Shown here piece by piece: positions 12,197-22,699 of a stretch of 32,715 nt of DNA (positions are counted from its first letter, which is position 1; each line of letters opens with the position of its first letter). The translations under genes were made by a program, and so were the position numbers. The stretch is from contig RBNJ01000338.1 of the NCBI GenBank assembly GCA_003990765.1, forward strand, positions 1-32,715, given 5' to 3'. Under the pieces are notes generated by a model. The model was given only the letters and a program-made list of their open reading frames with translations, did no database searches and was not told where the DNA came from. Source of the DNA: Jimgerdemannia flammicorona. Taxonomy: Eukaryota.

Positions 12197-13949
12197 ATGG
12201 CAACCCAGGGTTCATCAAGCTCTGAGCATTTGGAGAGAAGGAGGCCTGGTCTGGGTCTCCCTAAGAGTTTTGCAGTAATGGTTGGGGCTGGTGGAGATGT
12301 AGGGGCTGGTGTAGGAGCTAGAGGAGCAGGTAGTCAGGAGAGACAGGCTGGCATTGAGAGTTGGCACATGGTGATGGGGGGCAGAAGGGTGACTATTAGG
12401 CCCATGGGGGCAGGGCAGGGAGGACATAGTGTTGACAGGGGTAGGAGTCAGGTGACCAGCCAGGTGACTGGTCAGGTGACTGGTCAGGTGCCTGCCAGGG
12501 GCCAGGGGTCTGGAAGTGGTGTGGCTGGGACTGGTATTCCTGGGGCTGGGCCAGTGGCTAGGGTGACTGCTGGAGTGTCAGAGAACAAGAAGAAGGCAAC
12601 AATGGCAGCAGGTTCTGATGAACTGGTGGTGCGTCCCTTCTTCCACAAGTCAGTGTTGATGTGGGCCATTTCAGTGAATTTTTTGGGGCTAGAGATGTCT
12701 GCTAGAGAGGTCTTGCAGCTAGTGGGAGAGGAGATTGTAGGGGCAGAGTCACTGAAGTTCATCCCATCAGTGGAGGTAGTTGAGATAGGATTTGTTGAGA
12801 AGGAGGAGATGGTGAAGGCCCTGGAGAAAGGGCTGGTCATCAAGAGCATCAAGGTTGGCATGATGAGGTGCCTGAGGTGGGACCCACAGGTAGTGTAACT
12901 GGTGGTTGAAGGGCTGCTAACATTGGGGAGACAGGAGACCAAAGGAATGGTGGCAGAGGCACTGGGGGCATTTGGTGAGATGGTTGACTTCAGATTCATG
13001 TTCTGGGAGGGGACCAAGCTGAGGAATGGCAATTACGAGGTGATGGTGAGACTGGAGGGCAAGGAGGCCATAGGGCAAGAGAGGAACTGGCCAGAAGTGA
13101 TTCGTATTGGAGGGCAGGAGTGCAAAGTGTGGAGAAGGAAGGGTTCTGAATAGAAGGAGGAAGAGGTGGTAAAGGGCAAACTGGGAGCACCTGCAGACAG
13201 TCCTCCAGGGCTCGAAAAAGGAGGAAAAGGAAAGAGCAGAGATGGCCAAAAATCAGATAGAAGAGGTGGAGACAGCTGAGGTGTCCTTTTCACAACTAGG
13301 GGGAGTGGAGAACTTCACTCATGTACCAGTAAAGGGGGAGTGGGCTGATAAGGAGGAGGTGAATATGGGGGGCTTTGAGGAAGTGATTGAGGTGGTACTG
13401 GAGACCCAGTTGGAGGATGTTTGTATGGCTGGAGCAGCAAATGTTCATTGGGAATACCCAGAAGCAGGCAAAGTAGTTTGGCTAGAGAAAGGCACTGAGA
13501 AGGATGACCTGGTGGATGTGGCTTCTGATGTATCGGCAGATAGAGAGATGCTATAGGAGCTGAGCAGGACCCTAAGGCCAGCCACTCCTGGGCCCATGGT
13601 GATGACAGTGGATGACTGGTATCAGACAGTGCTCAAGGAACTTGCAGAGGAGGATATCAAGAAAGTGGATATATTTAATGGATCACAGAAGGCCTGGGAA
13701 GGGTTCCTCAATGTGGCATTGTAGGGGCCGAAGTTAGTGACAGCGATGGTGGTAGCACTTCTGGATGATGAAGGATATGAGATAGATGAGGACCATATGG
13801 CTGATATCAGGAGAGTGGTATCAAAGCGAGTGGATGCCTTCTGCAGTAGTGTGAATAGAGCCTGCATCTGGAGGGCTATCTGCAAGGAATAGAAGGCAAT
13901 AATCTGCAGTAGGGCCAAAAAGGTGGTGGCAGCTCCAGCTGAGCTTTAA
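12197..13949 (+). pseudogene. LINE ORF1 (probable RRM-type nucleic-acid chaperone), decayed
   Basis: Long near-open frame (KSFAVMV motif, Gly-rich linker, VEIGF...ALEKGL, EALGAFGEM...PEVIRIGG) directly upstream of APE-RT ORF2; contains a 12-bp CAGGTGACTGGT tandem at ~12449-12490. Confidence 0.75.
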
Positions 13950-13961
13950 ACATTTATATTC

Positions 13962-16153
13962 ATGATGATGAACAGTCTACATATATTATCACTAAATGTC
14001 AATGATTTGCATGATGGAGTGAAGTGAAGGCATTTGTTTCAGTAGTTGAAGAACAGGAAGTATGATGTGGTATTTCTGCAGGACATTCAGGCCTATGGGG
14101 AGCAAGATTATGAGGAGTGGAGCAAGGAATGGTATAGTAGTACAGGGTGGAATGAGCAGGTGGGCATCTTGGTTGGCTTGGGGAGAGGAGAGCTGAAAGA
14201 GGTTGAGATATATAGTGATTGATTGATCTGGGGGAGATTGAAAGGAGGAGCTGGCAATGGATTGATGGTTGGCTCTGTGTATATATTGGCAGTTGGCAGG
14301 GAGCGAAACCAGTGGGTGGAAGGTTGGCTAGATTGGGGAGGCTGAGATAAGATTGGGCTGGATATTCTGGAAGGGGACTTCAACATGGTGCATGATAGGA
14401 CATTAGATAGATCGGATGATGGAGTCAGTGTGGTAGTATCCACTGGGCTCTCATGATGGCTTCAAGCTGAGAAGGAAATGAGATTGGTTGATGGAGTATG
14501 ACAACATTGTGGTGAGAAGTTAGGGCCATTTACTAGATGGCATCCGATTGGTGAGAATTTGGTTAGGATGAAGATTGACTGGATCCTAGTAGCAGAATAC
14601 TGGGGTAATATTTTGGATTCATCAGAGGTATGGTGGTGTCCCTGGTCAGATCACTGAGGTGTAGAGGTGTGTGGGAGATTCTAGGCAGCCAGTGGCAGCG
14701 GAGGCAGATGGTGACTTAATGTGGCACTACTCAAGAGACAGGTGGAGCAGGACAAGTTTGTTAAAATCGCAAGACAGGAAGTAGCATGGTGGAAGAACAG
14801 TAGCCAGTCAATAGCACAGTAGTGGGGAAAATTTAAACATCTAGCAGGTGCATATTGGCATAATGTAGGAGAGGTAGCTGGAAGAGAGCAGAAAGATAGA
14901 GAAAGGAGAGTGGAGCAGGGGCTTCACTGGTGGCTAAAACTTCTAGAAGGAGAGAATTCCTCAGGAGAACAACACTCTCTATTGATCAAGGAGGTGGCAG
15001 AGTTGTGGTCAGATTTGAAGGCAGCAGAAGATAGGGTGGTAGATGGGTTGCTGGCAAGATTGCGAGCAAAGCAGTTGGAAGAAGGAGAGCAACCCACCAA
15101 ATACTTATCTGGAATCTTGAAGGCTAGGAGAGTGTGGCACAGCTGGGCTTTGGTGTTATGAGAGGATGGAACAGAGGTGATGGATATTACAGATATGCTT
15201 GGGGAGATCTCTGGTCGATAGTACTCTCTATGGTAGGATGATGGAGGGCTGATAGAGAGAGAGGCAGCACTGGAGGATATCAACAATTTGGTTGGCAGCT
15301 GGCCAGTGGTGGTAGAGCCTGCAATTGGCAGAGCAGTAATGGGTAGGGTGACCCTTGAAGAGGTGTTGGAGGTTCTGAGGAAAGTGTAGGTGGGCTCATC
15401 ACCAGGGGAGGATGGACTGCCCTGGGAGTTCTGAAAGGAGTTTCAAACTGAGTTTGGGGCATGGCTCATGGAAATGGTAAACTTTATGCTGGGGGAAGGC
15501 TGCTGGATTGGCAATAGCTCCTTGGGACTAGTCTCTCTGCTCTATAAGGAGAAAGGGGACAGATGTGTGTGGCAGAACTAAAGGCCCATCATGTTACTGA
15601 ATATGGATAGGAAGTTGGTCTCCAAGATTCTGGCAGGGAGAATGCAACAATAGATTGGCAGATTGGTTGGTGAGGAACAGCAAGGGTTTGTGAAGGGGAG
15701 ACAGATTCGAGACAGTACAGCCTGGGTGCAAAATGTTTTGGAGGATTGTAGAAGCCAGCAAGTAGATGGAAGAATGGTGTTCTTAGACCAGAAAAAAGCT
15801 TATGACAGAGTGAGATGGAACTACTTGGAGGCAGTTCTATGGAAGGCTGGGTTTGGCATGGGGGAGGCTCAAAAACTGATGGGTCTGATGTGAGATTGCC
15901 AGGCTGCAGTGCTGATGAATGGGTGGAGTGGCCCGGAGTTTTTCTTAGGGTGAGGAGTGCCACAGGGGGATCCTCTCTCACCCCTGCTTTATATTTTATC
16001 TTTGGAGCCCTTGTTGGCATGGCTGAAGGGGAGGCTCACTGGGTTGAAGATGAGGGAGGTGGTCTGGAAGCTGGGGGCCTTTGTGGATGACATGGTGGTA
16101 GGGTTAGGCAGTGTGGAAGATGTGGCGAGCTTGCAGGAAGGGGTAGGACAGTA
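13962..16153 (+). pseudogene. LINE ORF2 5' part: APE endonuclease and RT up to just past the catalytic FVDD, cut at the inversion breakpoint
   Basis: SLNVN, VVFLQD, GDFN, KIDWIL, WSDH (APE); SPGEDGLP, PIMLLNMDRKLVSKIL, QQGFVKGRQI, FLDQKKAYDRV, PQGDPLSPLLY, AFVDD (RT). Confidence 0.95.
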
Positions 16154-17502
16154 GCCTAGTATTGAAAGGACTCTCAGTAGAAAGAGGAGTCATTGATGAA
16201 GATTATATAGACGAAATTATTATTCTCATCTGAAACCATAGTTGGACACCCTTCAAGATCCCCATTGGTTTCTGCATTATCTAGATTCTATTTAAGAAAA
16301 TCAAGTCAACTCTAACAGTCAAGGAAGTTCCTGAACTACTGCCTACCATTTGAGGATCCAAAGGATTTGGCTCATCAAACAAGGCCCCAGTCCAACCTAC
16401 TATGACCAAGGAAGAACAATTCTATAAAAAGATCAAAGATAGATATATACCAAGTAGCTGATGCCTCCATGGTATTGGAATATACTCTTCCTGAATGATT
16501 GATGATTGCTTCTCTTATGTCAATGAACTGGCTCAAAGAAGAACCAATAGAAGGAAAGCTCTTACAACCAAGATCACCATCATTGGATCAGACAAACTAC
16601 TTATACTTCAAGCTTTTGTCAACTGAGTATCTGTCAAGATTATGATAGACAGTAGTGTCTCAGGCAACTTCATCAATGACAAAACAGCCAATAGACTTAA
16701 GGTCTTTACCTCTCCAGTACAATAAACTCAAGCAGTTGCCACAGCTGATGGAACCTCACATGTTATTAGCAAGGAAGTCTGCAATCTGCCCTTCTGAATT
16801 GGTGACTACTGAGTATATAATACCCTCTAGATCATACCACTTCCTGACAATGAAATCATCCTTGGGACTCTATAGTTGAAACAAGAGAACCCTATGATTG
16901 ATTGGGTAAACCATTTTCTGACCATTAAGAAAGAATGCTACAACTTCAAACTGCAAGATGAAAAAGACACACTCAGTTCTAGTGACCCTGGATCAAGGAT
17001 CACCCACATCAATAAGCTACAGCTTAAAAAATTGGCCAAGAAATGTCCTCTCTTTGCCATCTCTATCTGTCCATCCAAAGAAGAACAAGAACTCTGAAGA
17101 AAACTTTTCCAAAGTTGATAGCCATATTAGACCCTTACTCTAGAAAGTCTGAGACACATTTTTGAACCAAACCACAGAACCATCTGCACCTGTCATTATC
17201 AATGACTAAGAAGAGTATGAAGTTGAACAAATCCTCAATAAACATAGTCACAAGAACTATCCAAATGGTACAACAACACTAGAACAAATTAGAAGGCCCT
17301 GACAAGGACATCGAAAGCTAAGAAGGAGAGAGTTGTAAGCGCACAACCTCCAAGCCACCAAAATCACATATTATCCCTAGAATTAATTTGGAAACCACAT
17401 ATGAGACTACAAAACAAGTTACTGAAGAGATTATCTGGTTATACAAAATATGCCAGCAAATATGAGAACCTACTATCAAGACACAAGAATACCAAAAGAA
17501 GT
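16148..17502 (+). mobile_element. Gypsy copy A, 3' part: C-terminal half of dUTPase, protease, deleted RT-RH-IN, chromodomain stub, PPT and first 169 bp of 3' LTR (type B)
   Basis: SSLVLKGLSVERGVIDEDY, GSKGFGSS (dUTPase); MIDSSVSGNFI (protease); jump at ~17160 to EEYEVEQIL; jump at ~17262 to the 3' region; PPT 17320-17333; TGTAAG at 17334. Confidence 0.92.
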
Positions 17503-18504
17503 TGTAAGCATACAACCTCCAAGCCACCAAAATTGTATGTTATCTTCAGAACAAATTTGGAAACCACATGCAAGACTATAAAACAAGTTACTGAAGAGAT
17601 TATCTGGTTACACAAAATATGCCAGCAAGCATGAGAACCCACTGCCAAGATACAAGAATACCAGAAGAAGTACTATAACCATAAGACTGACTCTGAACCT
17701 CTATAATTAGTTTGGTATATGGTACTATTACAAAAGGAAACTGAAAGTTAGCTCCTTTCTCTGCTACCTTACCAATCACAAGGTTTGGTAGGCAACCTTC
17801 CAAGTCCCCTTTCCCCTAATATTACCCCCTCTACCTTGGGTTGGTTTGCTGTGCCTGCAGGGGCATGGTGGGAGGAGGGCAATGGTGATGAGTTGCCCCT
17901 TTATCAGTGTCAGATCGGTACTTCCTCCACTTTTTCGCATATTCTGGTGCCTTCCGCTGCATCTGGGGTATACCCATTTTGGTGCAGTGCCTTCTTCCTT
18001 TTGCCATCGCCAACAAGGAGTTGTCTTGGTATGTCTCGGGCTACGTAGAGAGTCGGCCAACCTTGGGCATCAAGTGCTCAGTATAGGTTACCTGCAGGTC
18101 CTCGGTGCCTGTGGTGGGGCCCTCTGGCTTTGGCAAGCTTCCCGGCGAGCGCAGTTCTGGCATAGGTGACTGCTTTTCGGGTGTTGTCGGGATGGGAGGG
18201 GAGATGGCCATCACAGATAGGCAGAAGGGTGATTACAGTGATCAGTAGTGTAAGCACACAATCTCCAAGCCACCAAAATTATACGTGACCTCCAAACAAA
18301 TCTGGAAATCACCTGCTTGATCACAAAGCTAAGTCAAACTGAAGTCACAGTGCACAAAGATGAGTCAATATGAAGTCATGGAACACAAGAATTACATAAA
18401 TGGAATCTTACCAATCAGGACCAAATGCATATATACCGAGCACCAAGACGCATTGAATCAGAGAACCAAAACAAATAACAACTAGAACTTCCAAACACAC
18501 AAAC

Positions 18505-19602
18505 ATGACCACTGAGATCTACAACCATATCTGCACTGACATTTGGAATGCCATTGTCAACCGAGCCACACCCTCTCTGCCCCTTATGAATATCCATAGC
18601 CTGGCACCCCTCTACTTCGTGGAAGCCCGATGGAATGCTCTGAACATGCTTAGTGAGGCCTACTGAATCAGACAAATCTCAAGCTACTACCAGATTGGCC
18701 GCCTTCTGGAAGACATGGTTGAACACCACCATGATACAGATATTACCCAGATGTCTCGACACCAGAAGATCATTGCCTGCAAACATCGAGAACTCTTCTA
18801 TGAGTACAGTACCATTATTCCCCACCTCTGAGTCACTACCAGCGAAATGGTTGCTACCCTGTCCTATGGCCAAATCAATGACATGATACAAGAACTCAAC
18901 CACAAGTACCTCGAGTACGTCCAGACCACAGACAGAACCTTCCCATACCCTGATGACCATATCCTGCAAATGCCCCAAGTCAGATACGCTATGAAAGATG
19001 TCTATGATATAATCCAGTTCGATGAAGATGAAGCAGAAGACAACAATCCCTCTGACACCGATATGACCTCTAGCCAAGAACCTCTGCCAACCCTGATCAT
19101 ACTGCCAACCTTGTCGATGAACTTACAACAGTTCATAACCATATACGAGACTTATTGGGACAATGACCACTGGCACGAATACCAACCTGCATTCACCCCT
19201 GATTACTTCAACTACAATGAAGAGACCAGAGAACACAACCTGTACCTCCAGACAACTCTCGAGATTGAACCAACCACCCCACCACCTGAGTATGAGCGAC
19301 ATGAACCACAGTCGCCAGCTTACTACAATCCTGCAACTCATAGTACTGTAACCTATAGAAGGTATGCAGACAGTGAATCCGACGAAAGTGAAGACAATAC
19401 ACCCATTCTTTGCCCACTAACACCTTATCCAGCCTACGAGACAGATGATGCTATTCTGTAGGATGGAGATAAAGTTCCAATGTATTATTACCTTAGTGAA
19501 CAAGGAGAAGTAATCCATGAACCATTATTCTTAGACAACTATTTCATCAGAGATGATGCAATCAATGGTGATATCATCAAGGACTACCCAGACAGCGCCT
19601 AA
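18505..19602 (+). pseudogene. LTR-encoded ORF, best copy (365 codons, 3 internal stops, no frameshift; unknown acidic protein)
   Basis: ATG 18505 to TAA 19602 in one frame; each internal stop is a sense codon (CAA, CGA, TGG) in another LTR copy. Confidence 0.82.
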
Positions 19603-19791
19603 ATCCATAAATAGCCTAGCAGTCATAGTATAGTTAGATTAGCTTTGTATGACGTGACTGTGAACTGACTCAGCAGTCAGATGATCTCTTGATATGTCAG
19701 ATCACACTTGTACTATGTGACTGCATTCCGACTCAGCAAAGCACTTAGTGCTACACCCATATTTAGCATAGTCCAGATAGCCCCTCACTAG

Positions 19792-19930
19792 TATAAATAC
19801 CCCCTCCCCCAGACCTCAGAATCTCAGACTTGAACAGACTCGAATACACAAGAACATTTCTGAATACTTCTCCACAATATCCCTTCACACAACTACTCCT
19901 AGTATAGAAATATCATGAATAGCAAATAAA
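19792..19930 (+). promoter_or_regulatory. Putative LTR TATA box (TATAAA 19792) and poly(A) signal (AATAAA 19925)
   Basis: Both motifs are conserved at equivalent positions in all four complete LTR 3' halves. Confidence 0.6.
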
Positions 19931-21227
19931 CCTATTCCATAACCCACAAACCACTCTTAAGTAAATCCACTCCCTATTAGGTCCCACTCCTAACCCCATT
20001 ATGAAATTTCCTAATTGGGTATTGTCTGCAGTGATATGCCAATTCAACTAAGCTGGTCTTAGTATCTTGAACTTCCTGAAATATGGGAAATCCTGAACAT
20101 CCAGAACTAGTCTGAAAAAAGACTTTGGTTGAGATATCAACCCAATCTTGAAATCAATAAGCATAGAGGACGTACTCCATATGAAATTGATCTTGACCAT
20201 AAGAAAACGGTCTTCCAGAATATCCAGAACTTCCAGAAAACTCTTCCAGAACTATGTAATGGTCACCCTAAAAAGTAACCCTCTTACAAGTAGGGTGCCA
20301 GGCTGGGGGCGGTCATTGGGGCTAGGGCAGATGCTGCTTTGGTGGGGCCTTTTGATTGGTGTGGCATGGTTAGGTAGTAGGTGTCACTATCGGCTTCTTT
20401 TGGCGGTCAGCGGGGTTGGGCCCCAGTCATCAGGGGGGGTCGGGAGGCCTGAGGCTACCTATTTCAGGCATCTTGGCTGTACTCAACTGGAACCGAGAGC
20501 TGACACAGCAATGTGATCGAGGCCCACAGGCTTGAGTAGTGGGGTATTGGGGGTTTCCTCCCACCTCACATGTAAGTCCTTTACTTACCTCAACTGAGAG
20601 AACCAGGCCCTACCCACTATGTTGTGCTTTGATGAGGGTTTTTATTTGCCTGTCATTCTCTTTGGGGTGGCAGGGGCTATTCTATTCGGCTCGGGCATAG
20701 TCTTGTACATATGTTGGGTTCTCAGGCATGCGCTTTCAGTCATTCGTGTATGGTTGGGTTTCCCCTGGTAGTAGGGAGAGCATGGTGTGCAGAATGAGGT
20801 GCGAGCTTATCAGCCCTGCTGCATCTAGCCTGCTGGACAATAGCTAGCCTAGGTTAATAGGGGGGCAGTGCTTGGTGGGTGGTGGGGGAGGGTTTTGGCC
20901 TATATAGTCTAGGTTCTCTTCCAATAAAAATCTGCAGGACATGAGTCCGTTAAACAAAAAAAAAAAAAGGAAACTGAAAGTACCAAAATCAAACCAAGAC
21001 AAGAAGAACTCTATCTCATCCATCAAAAGATTTATAAACTGCACTTATCAACTCAAGACCAAGATATACTGTGATTATATAAGACCTCATTACTTAGTAG
21101 AAGCAAAACACATTTAAACAACTCCATTCACTCTATCTGTGTCACCTCCATTGGAGAGTAACAGATGCTTCATCTGAACTCAAGAAAGCTGACATCGTTG
21201 AAACCAATCTCAAGCCATCCATATGAC

Positions 21228-21651
21228 TAGTGCTCCCAAATGAGTCAAATCAATTCAAATTGAATTGAATTGAGGGTTAAATGAGTCAAATCGAATTGGG
21301 GATTTTTCCATTTGAATCAATTCGAATCAAATCAAAAGTCAAATCAAATTGAGGGTCTGATTCGAATCCTAATTTTCAAATTGCAATAACTCAGCATAAA
21401 CTCATCCAAATCTAACATACTTTAGCTTGTTAGAATCACATTAATACAGTGAATCTAACAAGCTAAAATATGTTAAATTTGGATGGGTTTTCGTCGAGTT
21501 ATTACATTTTGAAAATTAAGGTTTGAATTGAACTTTGAATTGAATTGGATCTTTGATTTGATTTGAATTGAATCGAATTGGACCCTTGATTCAATTGAAT
21601 CGAATCGAGTTTGGGCCAAATTTGATTTGATTTGATTTGTTGGGAGTACTA
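21228..21651. mobile_element. hAT-type MITE, 424 bp, fold-back structure
   Basis: TIRs TAGTGCTCCCAA / TTGGGAGTACTA; 8-bp TSD CATATGAC (21220-21227) / CACATGAC (21652-21659); subterminal pentamer arrays; empty site at ~3523-3530 (-). Confidence 0.9.
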
Positions 21652-22660
21652 CACATGACTGATATTACTACTAGAAATTGCCTTGGATTACAGAAAATAT
21701 CATTTCCAAGAGGTTCAAACCCCCAGCCATAACATTGGGAGCCCTTGCTCTAGACAAGAATGGCCAGTCCTTGCAAATATACCAGCAGACTAAAAAAAAA
21801 GAGAACCAAGATCTGTTATCTTTGTAAAACCACTGCCACCAAGGACAGTCTTAATCTTGCAAAAGATAGAAGTAATGATACCCTTGAAACTGATGATGTC
21901 AGAAGTCAGAAAACTGCTCAAACTTTGCCAGCAATAATATCATCAATAGTGATGTCATCAAAGACTAACCAGACAGCATATAAACCTATAAATAGCTTAG
22001 CAGTCATAGTATAGTTAGATTAGCCTTATATAACGTAACTGTGAACTGACTCAGTAGTCAGACAATCTCTTAATATATCAGATTACACTTATACTATGTG
22101 ACTGCATTCCGATTCAGCAAGGCACTAAGTGCTACATCCATATCTAGCATAGTCCAGATAGCCTCTCACTAGTATAAATTCCCTCTCCCCCAGACCTCAG
22201 AATTTCAGACTTGAACACACAAGAATAATTCTGAATACTTTCCCACAATATCTCTTTATACACTACTCCTAGTATAGCAATATCATGAATAGTGAATAAA
22301 TCTATTTAATAATCTACAAACTATCCTTAAATAAATCTGCTCTCCATTAGGTCCCACTTCTAACCCCATCACAAAATTTCCTAATTGGGTATTGTCTGCA
22401 GTGATATACCAATTCAACTAAGCTGGTCTTAGTTTCTTGAACTTCCTGAAATATGGAAAATTCTGAACATCCAGAACTAGTCCAAAAAAGAACTTTGGTT
22501 GAGATGTCAATCTGATCTTGAAATCAATAAGTATAGAGGATGTACTCTATATGAAATTAATCTTGACCATAAGAAAATGGTCTTCCAGAATATCCAGAAC
22601 TTCCAGAAAACCCTTCCAGAACTACATAATGGTTACCCTAAAAACAACCCTCTTACAACT

Positions 22661-22672
22661 TGGTAGCAGCAG
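22661..22672 (+). promoter_or_regulatory. Primer-binding site, probably initiator tRNA-Met
   Basis: TGGTAGCAGCAG 3 nt after the LTR end; TGGTAGC is complementary to the ...GCUACCA end of eukaryotic tRNA-iMet. Confidence 0.7.
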
Positions 22673-22699
22673 TTTACAATCTAATTCCATTTCAAGATA

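Larger units (their letters stand above)
18249..20288 (+). mobile_element. Solo LTR, type A (2040 bp)
   Basis: TGTAAG...CTTACA flanked by a perfect 5-bp TSD AGTAG (18244-18248, 20289-20293); no PBS or PPT adjacent. Confidence 0.96.
17749..20964 (+). mobile_element. Poly(A)-tailed retroposed insert (~1.17 kb without the solo LTR); probably the 3' end of a second non-LTR element
   Basis: 17-bp TSD AAAAGGAAACTGAAAGT at 17732-17748 and 20965-20981; AATAAA 20923-20928; A-tail from 20956; empty site visible at ~3770-3785 (-). No recognisable protein motif. Confidence 0.82.
17503..22657 (+). repeat. LTR type B (5' LTR of copy C), ~1.49 kb once two nested inserts are removed
   Basis: TGTAAG...CTTACA termini; shares the first ~65 bp and last ~730 bp with LTR type A but has a different middle. 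Confidence 0.88.

Noticed and set aside
12215..16020. Several minus-strand Ser/Pro-rich ORFs
   Set aside because: Antisense shadows of the G/A-rich LINE coding strand.
17334..17671. Apparent 169-bp tandem duplication at an LTR start
   Set aside because: Better explained as copy C inserting into the 3' LTR of copy A: the second unit starts at a TGTAAG terminus and ends in PBS plus gag.
21240..21640. Short repeat arrays resembling CRISPR or satellite DNA
   Set aside because: Pentamer subterminal repeats inside TIRs with an 8-bp TSD; no spacer structure and a eukaryotic context.
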